Shown here: in pieces, positions 53,573-63,967 of the stretch
Layout: each line of letters starts with the position of its first letter
How positions within the stretch are numbered: the first letter of the stretch is position 1
DNA from: a virus
Lineage: Duplodnaviria > Heunggongvirae > Uroviricota > Caudoviricetes
Length of the DNA: 64,000 bases
IMG/VR virus record: IMGVR_UViG_3300047548_000621
Coordinates: 8,200-72,199 of that record
Reading direction: 5' to 3' (one strand)
Position numbers and translations under genes: made by a program
Notes under the pieces: model-generated
The model's input: the letters and a program-made list of their open reading frames with translations, nothing else
Databases searched by the model: none
Told to the model about the DNA's origin: nothing

Positions 53573-56500
53573 TTATGTCAAAATGTAACTAGACACAATA
53601 TTAACCTTTACATTTGCACCTGTGTTTGCTGCATATAATGAAACATTACCAGAAACACCATTGATATTAGCAGTAACATCGATGATATCAGCAGAAACGT
53701 TTGAGCAAATAGATCCATATATTGTAATATAAGCGTTCACCCCGTCGTGAACCAATAATGATTCAACTGATTGGTATCCATTATCGCCTGATGCACTAAT
53801 GATATATTTAGCTGTTCTGAATGTTGCCGGAGCAAACTGATCAATTACAGTAGCACCAGAAATCGAAACATTTGATCTATTGCTGAGTAATCCGCCATTT
53901 AGTTTAACGTTGCCGGTTGTTACATTACCAGTTACAGTGAGCGAACTAAGAGTTCCAAGACTTGTAATGTTTGGCTGAGCCGCTGTAGTTAATGTACCGG
54001 TTAGTAACGAAGCGCCGATCGTACCTGAGTTGGCATATACATTACCGGCAGTAACATTTGCAGTGAAGGAGCCAGCTGTGGCGCCCACGTTGCCGATATT
54101 TGCGTTGCCGACAATGTTTGCATATCCTGCAATGTTTGCACCAGTAGATGTTACAACCAACTGAGCAGTAGCGTTACCACCGATGAACGTAGAAACGTTA
54201 CCACCTGAAGCAAGAGTGATATTAGAAGTACCATTCTGCACTAAGCCGGTATTAACAGTAGTAATGTTACCGGTAGTAATGATTGCAGTAGTAGTACCAA
54301 GATTACCAACGTTAGCATTTCCTGAAGCATTTAATGTGCCAGTAATATTTGCACCAGTTGATGTTACTACTAGAACGTTAGCGGTACCACCAGCACTAAT
54401 GTTAACATTACCATTAGCAGAAGGAATATTTACATTTGAGTTACCATTTGCATGAACGCCTAATAGATTACCACCAGTGATATTGCCAGTAACTGTAAGT
54501 GATGACAATGTACCGAGTGAGGTAATGTTTGGCTGAGCAGCAGTAGTTAGTGTACCAGTTAACAATGTAGCACTCAGTGCGCCAGTTGCAGCGTTGAATG
54601 AAACGTTAGCATTGGATGCTAATGCATAGTTAGCAGTCGTGTTACCGTTCACAAAAACCGGATAGAAAGTTCCAGTTGTTTGAGTAGTAACAACATTAAA
54701 ATCGCTGACATTTGCGTAAGCAACGTTAAGATTTGATACACGAGTTGTAGAAGTAACAGTTAATGGAGCAGTACCAGTAGCGACATTTGATGTTAATGTG
54801 CTTCCGATAACGGCAGCAGAAGTTAATAAGTTGCCGCCAGTAACGTTACCGGTAGCCGCAATAGAACCAGCAGTACCTAAGTTACCTACGTTAGCATTAC
54901 CTGAAGAGTTCAATGTACCTGCTACGTTAACACCGGTTGATGTTACTACTAGAACGTTAGCAACACCGCCGACAGAAATATTGACGTTGCCAGCAGCAGC
55001 AGGAATTCTTACGTTAGAAGTAGTATTAGCAAGGGTACCTAAGAAGTTACCTGAAGTAGTATTGCCAGTAACAGTCAATGAACCTAGAGTACCAACGCTC
55101 GTCAAACTTGAATTTACGATAGATGAGTTAAGAGTGGTACCTGTCAAGTTAGCAGCATTTGCCTGAATAACGGTATTGCTTGCGGCTGTTAGCTGACCTT
55201 GCTGATTAACTGTAAAGGTTGCTACACTGTCACTACTGCCGTAGGATCCTGATGTAACCGCAGTGTTAGTGATGCTAAATGAATAGTCCGCGTTTAATGT
55301 CAAGCCGGTGTTAGCAGTATATGATTGAATACTACTGAACTGACTGAATACGATGTTGCTTGTACCAAACGTGATTGTACCCGATGGTGCGCTAACAACC
55401 CAAGAAGTATTCTTGTTTACTTGGCCACCACTTACGAAGAAATAGTCGTTGATACTTAAGTCAGTAGTGCTATCCGGACCGTAACTGTCTGCGTCAGTTG
55501 CACGAACAATAGTAGTTGCGTTAGCCCAAGTGTAAACACCGTTCCAAGCTGCGTTTGCTTCGTTCTTAACAAGGATACGAGTACCAACTGTTTGAACGTT
55601 TGCTGTATCGATTAAGTTGAACGAACCTGTAGTAACAAGATTTGCGCCGACGCCGCTTGCACCGTTGTTGTATGTCATTGTACCGCCGGTTGTTGTGGCT
55701 AGAGTTGTAGTTGTAGCAGCAGTAACGGCAGTGTGGAATGCAATACCAGTTGTAGCAATATTGTCTACGTATGCCTTAGTAGCAGCGTCTTGTGCATTAA
55801 CCGGATTTTTAACACTAGTGATGTTTGTGGCATTAGCGTCAATATTACCGGTGCCGTTTGGCTTCAGGTTGATGTTAGTATTAGTACCAGCACTTGTAAT
55901 AGTCAATGCACCGGTGCGACCTAGAATGTTATCAGAAATTAAGTTTGCACTTGAAGTGATATTTCCTGTTGCAGTGATTAGTCCACCAGTACCTAAATTG
56001 CCTACGTTAGCATTACCGCTTGTAGTAAGTGCGGTTAAATTAGCGTTCGTTGCGCCGATATTACCAACGTTAGCATTACCGGTTGCATTCAACGTACCAG
56101 TAATGTTTGCACCAGTTGCTGTTACTACCAATGAAGTGTTGCCAGCAGCAACAAGATTGACATTGCCACCTGAAGCAGGAATGCTTACGTTTGATGTGCC
56201 ATTAGAGATTCTATCTGTTTGAAGACCGGTTAACTGACTGCCATTACCAATAAAGAAGTTAGCAGAGATATTACCATTTGCGTCTCTTAATGCAATGGTG
56301 CTTGCTGTGTTAGCAGTAGCAGTAGTGTATCCATCAAGCAAGTCAGCATTAAGATTAGTAACAAGAGTATTTGATGTGACAACTAGAGGAGCAGTGCCCT
56401 GTGCTACGTTAGAAATAAGCTGCGGAGCAGTTACGTTAGCAGTGGCGAGAACCTGAGCAGTACCTAGATTACCGACGTTAGCATTACCAGTAGCGGTAAT

Positions 56501-57103
56501 TGCAGTCACATTAGCATTTGTAGCACCAATGTTACCAACGTTGGCGTTACCAGTAGCATTCAACGTACCGGCTATGTTTGCACCGGTGGTTGTTACAACA
56601 AATACGTTAGAAACACCGCCTACTGAAGTAGTAACATTACCGCCGGAAGTGAAAATATTAATGTTTGACGTACCATTACTGATACCAGTACCAGTGGGAA
56701 CAGCAGCCCAAGATAGTCCGCCTGAACCATTTGTTTGTAAATAGTAACCTGAAGAACCGCCGGTAATTGTAACATTACCTACCGCTCCTAGATTAGTAGT
56801 ACCAGATACAGTAAGGCTAGTTAATGTGCCAACACTTGTAATATTGGGCTGTGCAGCAGTCGTTACCGTGCCTGAAGTGAGTGCCGTTGTAGCAGCTAGG
56901 TTAGCAACCGTTGTCGTGGAGTTTACGAGGAAAGGTGCAGTACCAGTCGTGACATTGCTAATGATCTGAGGGGCGGTAATATTAGCAGTTGCAAGAACTT
57001 GAGCGGTGCCCACATTACCAAGATTGGCATTACCGGTTGCAGCATCAATAGTCGCAGTTCCTACTGTCAACCCATTTTTAACATTAAAATTTCTAGTTGT
57101 CAT
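53573..57103 (-). CDS. Tail fibre protein (paralog)
   Basis: 1176 aa. Same N-terminus as the 50755-53523 fibre, repeated NANVGN(L/I)G motifs. Its C-terminal domain is shared with 57125-58141. Confidence 0.6.
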   Translation of the reverse strand: MTTRNFNVKNGLTVGTATIDAATGNANLGNVGTAQVLATANITAPQIISNVTTGTAPFLVNSTTTVANLAATTALTSGTVTTAAQPNITSVGTLTSLTVSGTTNLGAVGNVTITGGSSGYYLQTNGSGGLSWAAVPTGTGISNGTSNINIFTSGGNVTTSVGGVSNVFVVTTTGANIAGTLNATGNANVGNIGATNANVTAITATGNANVGNLGTAQVLATANVTAPQLISNVAQGTAPLVVTSNTLVTNLNADLLDGYTTATANTASTIALRDANGNISANFFIGNGSQLTGLQTDRISNGTSNVSIPASGGNVNLVAAGNTSLVVTATGANITGTLNATGNANVGNIGATNANLTALTTSGNANVGNLGTGGLITATGNITSSANLISDNILGRTGALTITSAGTNTNINLKPNGTGNIDANATNITSVKNPVNAQDAATKAYVDNIATTGIAFHTAVTAATTTTLATTTGGTMTYNNGASGVGANLVTTGSFNLIDTANVQTVGTRILVKNEANAAWNGVYTWANATTIVRATDADSYGPDSTTDLSINDYFFVSGGQVNKNTSWVVSAPSGTITFGTSNIVFSQFSSIQSYTANTGLTLNADYSFSITNTAVTSGSYGSSDSVATFTVNQQGQLTAASNTVIQANAANLTGTTLNSSIVNSSLTSVGTLGSLTVTGNTTSGNFLGTLANTTSNVRIPAAAGNVNISVGGVANVLVVTSTGVNVAGTLNSSGNANVGNLGTAGSIAATGNVTGGNLLTSAAVIGSTLTSNVATGTAPLTVTSTTRVSNLNVAYANVSDFNVVTTQTTGTFYPVFVNGNTTANYALASNANVSFNAATGALSATLLTGTLTTAAQPNITSLGTLSSLTVTGNITGGNLLGVHANGNSNVNIPSANGNVNISAGGTANVLVVTSTGANITGTLNASGNANVGNLGTTTAIITTGNITTVNTGLVQNGTSNITLASGGNVSTFIGGNATAQLVVTSTGANIAGYANIVGNANIGNVGATAGSFTANVTAGNVYANSGTIGASLLTGTLTTAAQPNITSLGTLSSLTVTGNVTTGNVKLNGGLLSNRSNVSISGATVIDQFAPATFRTAKYIISASGDNGYQSVESLLVHDGVNAYITIYGSICSNVSADIIDVTANINGVSGNVSLYAANTGANVKVNIVSSYILT

Positions 57104-57124
57104 TTTATTCTTTCCTTTTGGGTA

Positions 57125-58141
57125 TTAGTCTGGAACATACGTTCCTAATAAATTTACTCTTGTATTTGCACTCAAACCAGTAGCACGTAACTCAACTATT
57201 CCAGTATTAATATCCGAATCTAATGTTATGATATCTGATCCAGTGGTGGACAAGTTACCATATACTGTAGTGATACTATTTATGTTATCGTGAACCAAAA
57301 GCACCTCTAGAGCCTGGTAGCCCAAGTCATTACTAGCTCTGATAGTATACTTTGCCGAACGATATTCAGCAATGCTGAAAGAATCTATCACTGTGTCAAC
57401 TGTTACGTATACTGGTGCGCGATTACTGTAAAGATCACCTACTCTAACATTCTGTGCAGTGACCGTACCGGTTGATATTATATTGGATGCGTTGAACGTG
57501 CCTCTAGAGGTGACATTTCCTGAGACTGATCCCATTATAATATTGGCTTCTAAACCAATATTAACATCGTCTACTAATGAAGCGAAAATACCCGCGTTGT
57601 TTCCATCTACCGCAATGACTGCTTGAGAGATTTTAACACAACCTGAGGTAGACACTAGGTAATTGGCGCTTACCGCATTAGCATTAGAAATATTACCCGA
57701 TACGATTAAATCACCTTGCAAATTTGCAGTATTAGAGCTAATCACAAGAACATTGCTAGTACCGGCCACAGACACACTTACGTTACCATTAGCAGCAACC
57801 TTAACGTTGCTGTTACCATTGACAATTGAAGTGCTATCTAATGAAACGAATACAAGATTCCCATTACCATCAGTCGATAAAACCTGCCCGGTCGAACCAT
57901 CGGTATTAGGAAAGCTGTATTGCTCATAGAACGTTACAGTGTTTGATCCAATGTTTACTACGTTGGACCAGCTTCTTACACCGGTCGTAGTTGAAGTGAA
58001 TAAACTACCAGTTGCTGTGGGTACACCCAAACTGGGTTCAGCGTTCGCAAGCCCCAAAAACTCATAGCGGCTGCTAGTGAGATTATTATAAGGAGTAACC
58101 GGAACACGACCACTTATTAGTTTAGATGAGTTCATCGCCAT
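57125..58141 (-). CDS. Fibre-related protein sharing the C-terminal domain of the 1176-aa fibre
   Basis: 338 aa. C-terminal YRSAKYTIRASNDLGYQALEVLLVHDNIN... matches FRTAKYIISASGDNGYQSVESLLVHDGVN... in the 1176-aa fibre. Confidence 0.5.
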   Translation of the reverse strand: MAMNSSKLISGRVPVTPYNNLTSSRYEFLGLANAEPSLGVPTATGSLFTSTTTGVRSWSNVVNIGSNTVTFYEQYSFPNTDGSTGQVLSTDGNGNLVFVSLDSTSIVNGNSNVKVAANGNVSVSVAGTSNVLVISSNTANLQGDLIVSGNISNANAVSANYLVSTSGCVKISQAVIAVDGNNAGIFASLVDDVNIGLEANIIMGSVSGNVTSRGTFNASNIISTGTVTAQNVRVGDLYSNRAPVYVTVDTVIDSFSIAEYRSAKYTIRASNDLGYQALEVLLVHDNINSITTVYGNLSTTGSDIITLDSDINTGIVELRATGLSANTRVNLLGTYVPD

Positions 58142-58142
58142 A

Positions 58143-58481
58143 TTATGAGCCTGTCACCAACGTTTCTAGATAGCTCAATGTCAGTTGTGCGCTGGTGTCA
58201 TCGCTACTAGCAAACTGTAATTCGTCGCCATAGTTCAAAATCAATCTACCTGTTAGCACGGTGATAGCATCATTTGTAGGTATGCTAGCTTCTTTTATCA
58301 AATTAGTGGTAATGCTGGATCTGACAATACTGGCTGTTACCTGTATAGTATCATTACCGTTGTTGCTTACTTGGGCTAATAGAACGACAGTAGCATAACC
58401 TAAAGGGGGAGTATACACGGTTGTCGTGGTGGTTGTTACATCAGCGAGTGTTGTTCTAAAATTATTTAATGCGGCTGGCAT
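58143..58481 (-). CDS. Hypothetical protein
   Basis: 112-aa ORF. Confidence 0.35.
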   Translation of the reverse strand: MPAALNNFRTTLADVTTTTTTVYTPPLGYATVVLLAQVSNNGNDTIQVTASIVRSSITTNLIKEASIPTNDAITVLTGRLILNYGDELQFASSDDTSAQLTLSYLETLVTGS

Positions 58482-58497
58482 AACGTTTCCTTCTTCA

Positions 58498-59748
58498 TTA
58501 ATCTGAACCCAAAGCCAGAATAAACGGGGTCATCTGTGCAAACAAACTTTGATAGTAATAGGTACCGGTGATAGTTCCTGTAGCCTGATTGATAGTAAAA
58601 CCATCACCAACCTTAAAGTTACCTTTCTGATCAGTACTGGTGTAAGTTACAATTCCGCCACCTGTTTGTATAACTTCATTAGCTGGAATAGGAATACCGC
58701 CATATTGCGGTAGTGCAGTTGCAGGATTAGTACCAGCTCCCACATATTCAAACGTGTGTGCGCTTGCTATAATCGAGCTACGTACATAGAATGACACTGC
58801 TGTTCCCGGTGGTGGATTCTTATTATAAATTTGCTGTATAACTACTGTAGCCTGACCCGCAGATGGGGTATCAGGAAAAATTGTATCAATAGTATAGTAG
58901 TTTGGATCACCGTCAACAATCATAATAGTGTTAACGTTAGGTTGATCGGTGAGATTATCAATTACAAATGCACCTTGATATTGAGATACAATAGTTCCTG
59001 AGGTCTGTAGAGGTCCATATCCTTCGGCTACTAATCCATAATTGCCAATAGAACAGTCACTGCCGTTCAATGTGCAGAACGCACCGGATTCCACGTGGAT
59101 ACCAATATCACACGCAATCGTGTAAATGTTTACAAGTTGACTATAACCGGTATTTACTATATGAATTCCTTTGCCGCCTCGATTGATGATCGTAAAGAAG
59201 CCAACAATCATTGCCTTTGTGCTATTTGCACTCACGTTGCTTCCGTCAATATACACTGCGGTGCCGGTTGTGGTAGTTGAGGTTAAGTTTTGAATGTATG
59301 GACTAACGAATACATTTTGTGTGGGAGTAGATGGGTCAAAACTAAATCCATTAGCTAGATAGTTTCTAATAGAAATGCCCCACACATAACACCCGTTAGT
59401 AACATAGAATAAATCGTCAGCAGGAGTTTGTGGAATAACATTAACGTTTCTTAGATTATCACCCATCAGTGCTACGCTAGGAGGAATAGTAATAGGATTA
59501 GCTTCTGTATAATTTCCAGGAGCTACTTGTACCGATACGTTGGTTGGTAATGATGCTGCAACTTGCATCGCGTGTTTAATTGTTAGAAACGGATTGTTAA
59601 ATGTACCGTCATTAGTATCGTCTCCGTTTTTTGCAACATACAATATCTTAGAAGGTGCGCCCACAAGATTTCCGTTGGAATCAATAACCGGTTTTGAGTT
59701 TTCTCCTGCTGAAAAACCACCAACTGAGTTAATCGGTCTTAATGCCAT
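58498..59748 (-). CDS. Right-handed beta-helix (pectate-lyase-fold) tailspike or depolymerase candidate
   Basis: 416 aa. N-terminus shared with the 59786-61600 fibre (NS(V/L)GGFS). Internal Ile/Val/Asn/Gly-rich beta-helix-like rungs (GIHIVNTGYSQLVNIYTIACDIGIHVESGAF). Confidence 0.5.
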   Translation of the reverse strand: MALRPINSVGGFSAGENSKPVIDSNGNLVGAPSKILYVAKNGDDTNDGTFNNPFLTIKHAMQVAASLPTNVSVQVAPGNYTEANPITIPPSVALMGDNLRNVNVIPQTPADDLFYVTNGCYVWGISIRNYLANGFSFDPSTPTQNVFVSPYIQNLTSTTTTGTAVYIDGSNVSANSTKAMIVGFFTIINRGGKGIHIVNTGYSQLVNIYTIACDIGIHVESGAFCTLNGSDCSIGNYGLVAEGYGPLQTSGTIVSQYQGAFVIDNLTDQPNVNTIMIVDGDPNYYTIDTIFPDTPSAGQATVVIQQIYNKNPPPGTAVSFYVRSSIIASAHTFEYVGAGTNPATALPQYGGIPIPANEVIQTGGGIVTYTSTDQKGNFKVGDGFTINQATGTITGTYYYQSLFAQMTPFILALGSD

Positions 59749-59785
59749 CTTTACTTGTTTCCTTTAGTCTCTATATTTATCTATA

Positions 59786-61600
59786 TTATTCTTCGTAGAC
59801 CGTCATTTGAATCTTATACGTAGTTGGATTACTAGTGTAAGGTTCAACATATAGTGTCACTTGCGGTGGCGCAATAATGCTTCCGGGTTGATAACCTACC
59901 GTGAAGTTTCCAACCAATCCATTAATGCTCAATGTATTATATTCGTTATAGTCTAATGTCTCATCGTACATAATAGCTGACAATTTACTAACCTGTCTTA
60001 CGTTATCTAGTGGAGTGGTAGCAACAATAGTATAATCCACACTAGACACCGTAGTAGCGTTTAGTGACACGAGAGGAGTAACAGAAGTAGTAGATGATGA
60101 AGCGTGTACCACATTTGATTTTGAGAACTTGTAAATGCCCGAACCAATTTCAATTGAATTAGCAATCAAGTCTCCTGCAACAGTCAACGTAGTAGTTGCA
60201 CTATTGAATGTGAAGTATGGACTACCTCCAAACAAACCATTGTCATTGTATTGTATTTGTGAGTTTGAGCCTCCCGGGACGCCATTACCATTCGAAGTAG
60301 TTGTCTGCCAAGCTAGATTTCCTAATCCATCAGTAGTTAAAACTTGTCCGTTTGTTCCACCAAATATATGAATGTTACCTACATATCCCAATGATACGTT
60401 AGGTGAAGTATTAGCTGATAGATTACCCAATACGTTCAGCTTTCCGCCGGTGTTAACTGTAAGATTTGAACCCACTGTTGTTTTTATAGTGTTTGCATTA
60501 TCAACAGTTAATGTGTTTGAATATTGATTGAATGTAAAATTTGCAACGCCGCCGAACACGCCGCCATCGTTGAATTGAATTTGCGTTGTGTTGCCTCCTG
60601 GCAAGCCTGCATTAGCATTATTTTCAATCCAAGAAAGATTTCCAGAACCATCAGTTGATAATATATATCCTGCTAGGCCACCAGCAATGTGGATATTAGA
60701 TGGCTGTCCTAAATTTATATCAGGTGAAGTTGCAAAATTTACATTTCCTAAACCATAAAGTGTTCCGGTTATATTAGCAAATGTAGTGATTCGTATGTTA
60801 GCAGCATTCATTGTTCCTGCTGTACTAAAACTTGCAGCAGTAACAAAGCTAGAAGAAATGATACCACCGTTTCCTACTGAAAGATTGAGTAGAGTTCCCA
60901 CTTGAGTGATATTAGGTTGATAACTATTGCTTACTGTGTTAGCAACACCGGCTACAATTCCAGTAAGCTGTGAACCGTTTCCTAAGAAATAACTAGCTTG
61001 CACGTTTCCGGTTGCAACTATATTTCCTGCAACATTGACATTGGATGTATTAACCTTAGTTAAGTTTGCAGTCGTTGCATTAATATTAGTAGTAACAACA
61101 GTGTTCCCTATAGTCAAAGTGTTAGAGGTCTTGTTGTACATGAAGCCGGCATCGCCGCCAAATATACCTTGATCATTGAACTGAACCTGCATATTCGAGC
61201 CGCCCGGGCTAGTGTTGCCACCACCATTGCCACCGCCTGCTACAGACCAAGTTAGTCTGCCTTCACCATCCGTCTGTAAGAAATATCCGTTTTCTCCGCC
61301 GCCGATAGAAAGTTGTGACACATCACCTAATGATAGAATCTTTCCATCCCAAGTGGCATTTGGAATTCCACCGAATGTTCCACTGTTATTGAACTGTAAT
61401 TGTGTGTCGTTTCCTCCAGGCAAAGTCATAAAAGGGGCGCCATTAGGGAAATAGAAAGCATTGGCATATATTACATTAGCAGATACATTACCACTAAGAT
61501 TGTTAAAGTTAGATACAATGTTGCCATTGCTATCCACAACTTCAATGGGAGGAATGTTAACTGAAAACCCACCCAATGAATTGAAAAGTTCTGCTGCCAT
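59786..61600 (-). CDS. Tail fibre protein with a triplicated GG(S/N)xxQ(V/I)Q(F/Y)ND.G.FGG motif
   Basis: 604-aa Gly/Asn/Thr-rich protein with obvious internal repeats. Confidence 0.55.
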   Translation of the reverse strand: MAAELFNSLGGFSVNIPPIEVVDSNGNIVSNFNNLSGNVSANVIYANAFYFPNGAPFMTLPGGNDTQLQFNNSGTFGGIPNATWDGKILSLGDVSQLSIGGGENGYFLQTDGEGRLTWSVAGGGNGGGNTSPGGSNMQVQFNDQGIFGGDAGFMYNKTSNTLTIGNTVVTTNINATTANLTKVNTSNVNVAGNIVATGNVQASYFLGNGSQLTGIVAGVANTVSNSYQPNITQVGTLLNLSVGNGGIISSSFVTAASFSTAGTMNAANIRITTFANITGTLYGLGNVNFATSPDINLGQPSNIHIAGGLAGYILSTDGSGNLSWIENNANAGLPGGNTTQIQFNDGGVFGGVANFTFNQYSNTLTVDNANTIKTTVGSNLTVNTGGKLNVLGNLSANTSPNVSLGYVGNIHIFGGTNGQVLTTDGLGNLAWQTTTSNGNGVPGGSNSQIQYNDNGLFGGSPYFTFNSATTTLTVAGDLIANSIEIGSGIYKFSKSNVVHASSSTTSVTPLVSLNATTVSSVDYTIVATTPLDNVRQVSKLSAIMYDETLDYNEYNTLSINGLVGNFTVGYQPGSIIAPPQVTLYVEPYTSNPTTYKIQMTVYEE

Positions 61601-61692
61601 ACAATAAGTCCATTTATTATCTTGTATTTATGCAGATGCCCAAATTATTAACACTGGTTTTAAGTTTTTAGGTTCGCTTATAAATAGATTAT

Positions 61693-62061
61693 ATGCTTAC
61701 TGAACAACCACCAAGGCCAATCTGCGCTCATTGTAAGTTTGCTCTCAGTAAACCTAACGGAAAAAGCAAACACGGGTTTACGCAATGGCACAAGTATTGC
61801 GAAGACTGTGCAAAAACACTTTATTCAGGTAGATTCAAGCATCTACAACATAAAGGAAATGATTGTGAGGTGTGCGGGTTCGTACCAGAAGATCGTATTC
61901 AACTTGATCTAGTATATAAGGATGGCAATAAGAAAAACAAAAAGAAAAATAATCTATTGACATTATGTGCTAACTGTGCTAGGTTATACAACAAGAAAGT
62001 TCGCACAGGTAAGAAATCTATATTGAATGCTACAGTGGATGGTGACACTAGAATTATTTAA
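61693..62061 (+). CDS. Cys-rich zinc-finger protein
   Basis: 122 aa, plus strand. CAHC...CEDC...CEVC...CANC. A TATAAATA sequence lies 7 nt upstream. Confidence 0.35.
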   Translation: MLTEQPPRPICAHCKFALSKPNGKSKHGFTQWHKYCEDCAKTLYSGRFKHLQHKGNDCEVCGFVPEDRIQLDLVYKDGNKKNKKKNNLLTLCANCARLYNKKVRTGKKSILNATVDGDTRII

Positions 62062-62537
62062 TTGCACCAGCTTTGTTTAGCTTCGCCGTAATATTCTCGT
62101 GCATATCCATTCTGAATCAACATAGCTCGTAAGCTATGTCCATCTAAAATAATATCACCCAATACACGGCCGCCATACTTATCCCAGTCATAAAGAACGA
62201 TTTGTCTTTTAGTAGCAATATCCACTAAATGTTTAGTAAATTGAGTGGCAGCTTGACCTCTCTGATCTTCGCTTGCACACTTTGCCCTAAAACCTTTTTC
62301 AGGGGTGTCCACTCCAAACACACGAATACTGAGTTCTGGTTTTAATGGGGCTGGCAAAAAACTTGCCTTAAATGCTACAGTGTCTCCGTCAATTACTCTT
62401 AATATGTCAACATCATACATAACACCTTGCGGAGTCTTTTGTGCAATTGCTAGAGTTGTTAATAGAAATATAGATAGTAAGGTAGTTATTATTTTTTTCA
62501 TATTGCATCCTTTTAATATTTTTGTAATTCTTTCCAA
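62058..62537 (-). CDS. Secreted thermonuclease (staphylococcal-nuclease-like, SNase)
   Basis: The internal Met MKKIITTLL gives a signal peptide. (V)IDGDTV...VR(V/L)(F/I)GVDTPE...YGR.LG...LDG...L...G.A is the SNase fold signature. Confidence 0.65.
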   Translation of the reverse strand: MERITKILKGCNMKKIITTLLSIFLLTTLAIAQKTPQGVMYDVDILRVIDGDTVAFKASFLPAPLKPELSIRVFGVDTPEKGFRAKCASEDQRGQAATQFTKHLVDIATKRQIVLYDWDKYGGRVLGDIILDGHSLRAMLIQNGYAREYYGEAKQSWCN

Positions 62538-62875
62538 CCTAAATCTTTAATTCTATCTGGACTGATCGTTTTTGTGGTATAATAGAATCCATTACCATAT
62601 TGCAATGGTAATCCGGTAACATCAATTTGCAACAATGTAAGTTGCTCATCATATAACCCTTCATCATCAAGATTACTTTCAATCCAACCACGCACTTCTG
62701 TTATATCTTTAGTGTCGGTGATTAGATACGCTCTACTATTATCATAGAAATCTACATTTCTATCGTTTCTTGGTTCAAGTCCATATTTTAGTATCTCAAC
62801 AGCATTTTCTTCCGTGGTGATGTGGTAGGCTACAGATAGGTGAGTGGATTCTAGAAGGATTTCGTTGATACGCAT
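62513..62875 (-). CDS. Hypothetical protein
   Basis: 120-aa ORF. Confidence 0.35.
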   Translation of the reverse strand: MRINEILLESTHLSVAYHITTEENAVEILKYGLEPRNDRNVDFYDNSRAYLITDTKDITEVRGWIESNLDDEGLYDEQLTLLQIDVTGLPLQYGNGFYYTTKTISPDRIKDLGWKELQKY

Positions 62876-62926
62876 CTATTATTTAGTGTTGCTTACAGTT
62901 ATCACCGTCTTAATGAATATGGCCAT

Positions 62927-63262
62927 TTATTTTCGGTTAAGTTGCAACTGAATTGATTCATATAATTCATAGAGGTCATCATAAAGTTTGTCAAAATCGG
63001 GATCATTTTCAATATGTTGCCAATCAGGATTAGTAAGTAATGCGTGAACATAACTAGATAATTCCAACATATCTTGTCGGGCACGAAAATTATTTTGGTC
63101 ATTTATTATTTTTGTGTATGCATTGAAATATGATTCAATATCAATATCATTACGAAGTTGCCAATATATTCTGATAGAGTCTCTATCTTCTAGTAAATCA
63201 GTTATTTTCATCGCTAATGTCTCGCTGTAGAATTGATTGCACAAATCTGTTAAGATCATCAA
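62927..63262 (-). CDS. Hypothetical protein
   Basis: 111-aa ORF. Confidence 0.3.
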   Translation of the reverse strand: MMILTDLCNQFYSETLAMKITDLLEDRDSIRIYWQLRNDIDIESYFNAYTKIINDQNNFRARQDMLELSSYVHALLTNPDWQHIENDPDFDKLYDDLYELYESIQLQLNRK

Positions 63263-63559
63263 CTTGTTGCTTTAACGTTTTTCTTGTTCCATCCTCATTC
63301 AATGATTCAGTTGGAGTTTCTTTGTATAATCTTCGCTTAGTCATCTCACATATCTTCCTTTTTACAGCTATCAGGTGATTCACATAGCAGTTCATTTATT
63401 CGCATTATTACACCACTCATCAATTTCAATTGTTAACTCATCAATGCCTTGCCGTAACTCATCAAATGTCTTTGAGCCCGGAATGGGTTTTCCAGTAAGA
63501 TTAAACTTAAGTTTATATGTGTCTTTGTATTCATTGATGGGTTCTTCTTCGTTCATTTT

Positions 63560-63967
63560 TTAGCTATCCATTGAAAAAGTTATGACTTGATATTTGATAT
63601 CTTGGTTTATTCCACCATCATCAAATATTTGAACATCAGGAAGCCTACCTATACCCCGATGATCCGGATCTTTGTTCACATATATTGATTCCCGGACGCA
63701 GCGCAATAACCGCTTGAATGTAGGATTATATATAATTTCCGATTCATATGGTCCGTGCCAGGTAGTCACAATCGTCGGTAAGTTGTTGCATATAGCCTTT
63801 TCAAATGCTTCTATCTCGTCATCGGGGATAGGGTCATAATAATCTGGACCTCCTGTCAGGTACCAATACAAACTTTGCTTTTCCCAGCGGGCTTCCCCTC
63901 GCCCTCGCGGGCGATCTGCGTTAACTAACTCTCCTCTAGTCCAGCCTGCTGATTTGAAATATGACAT
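63560..63967 (-). CDS. Hypothetical protein
   Basis: 135-aa ORF. Confidence 0.35.
   Translation of the reverse strand: MSYFKSAGWTRGELVNADRPRGRGEARWEKQSLYWYLTGGPDYYDPIPDDEIEAFEKAICNNLPTIVTTWHGPYESEIIYNPTFKRLLRCVRESIYVNKDPDHRGIGRLPDVQIFDDGGINQDIKYQVITFSMDS

Noticed and set aside
43490-57103. Many 60-212-aa plus-strand ORFs in the six-frame track lie inside the giant minus-strand fibre genes (e.g. 46650-47168, 49623-50261, 51512-51991, 55617-56222).
   Set aside because: They are antisense read-throughs of low-complexity, GNT/ANT-rich repeat coding sequence (Val/Pro/Ala-rich translations, no RBS) and are wholly embedded in long, coherent minus-strand genes.
43490-61600. Highly repetitive nucleotide sequence was considered as a CRISPR array or satellite repeats.
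   Set aside because: The repeats are long (hundreds of nt), imperfect and in-frame within ORFs. There are no short direct repeats with unique spacers and no cas genes.
61679-61686. TATAAATA (T4 late-promoter consensus) on the plus strand just upstream of the 61693 ORF. Similar near-matches on the minus strand occur before fibre genes.
   Set aside because: It is only 6 nt from the ATG, leaving no room for a leader or RBS. The minus-strand instances are inexact (TATATTTAT). These are not confident promoter calls.
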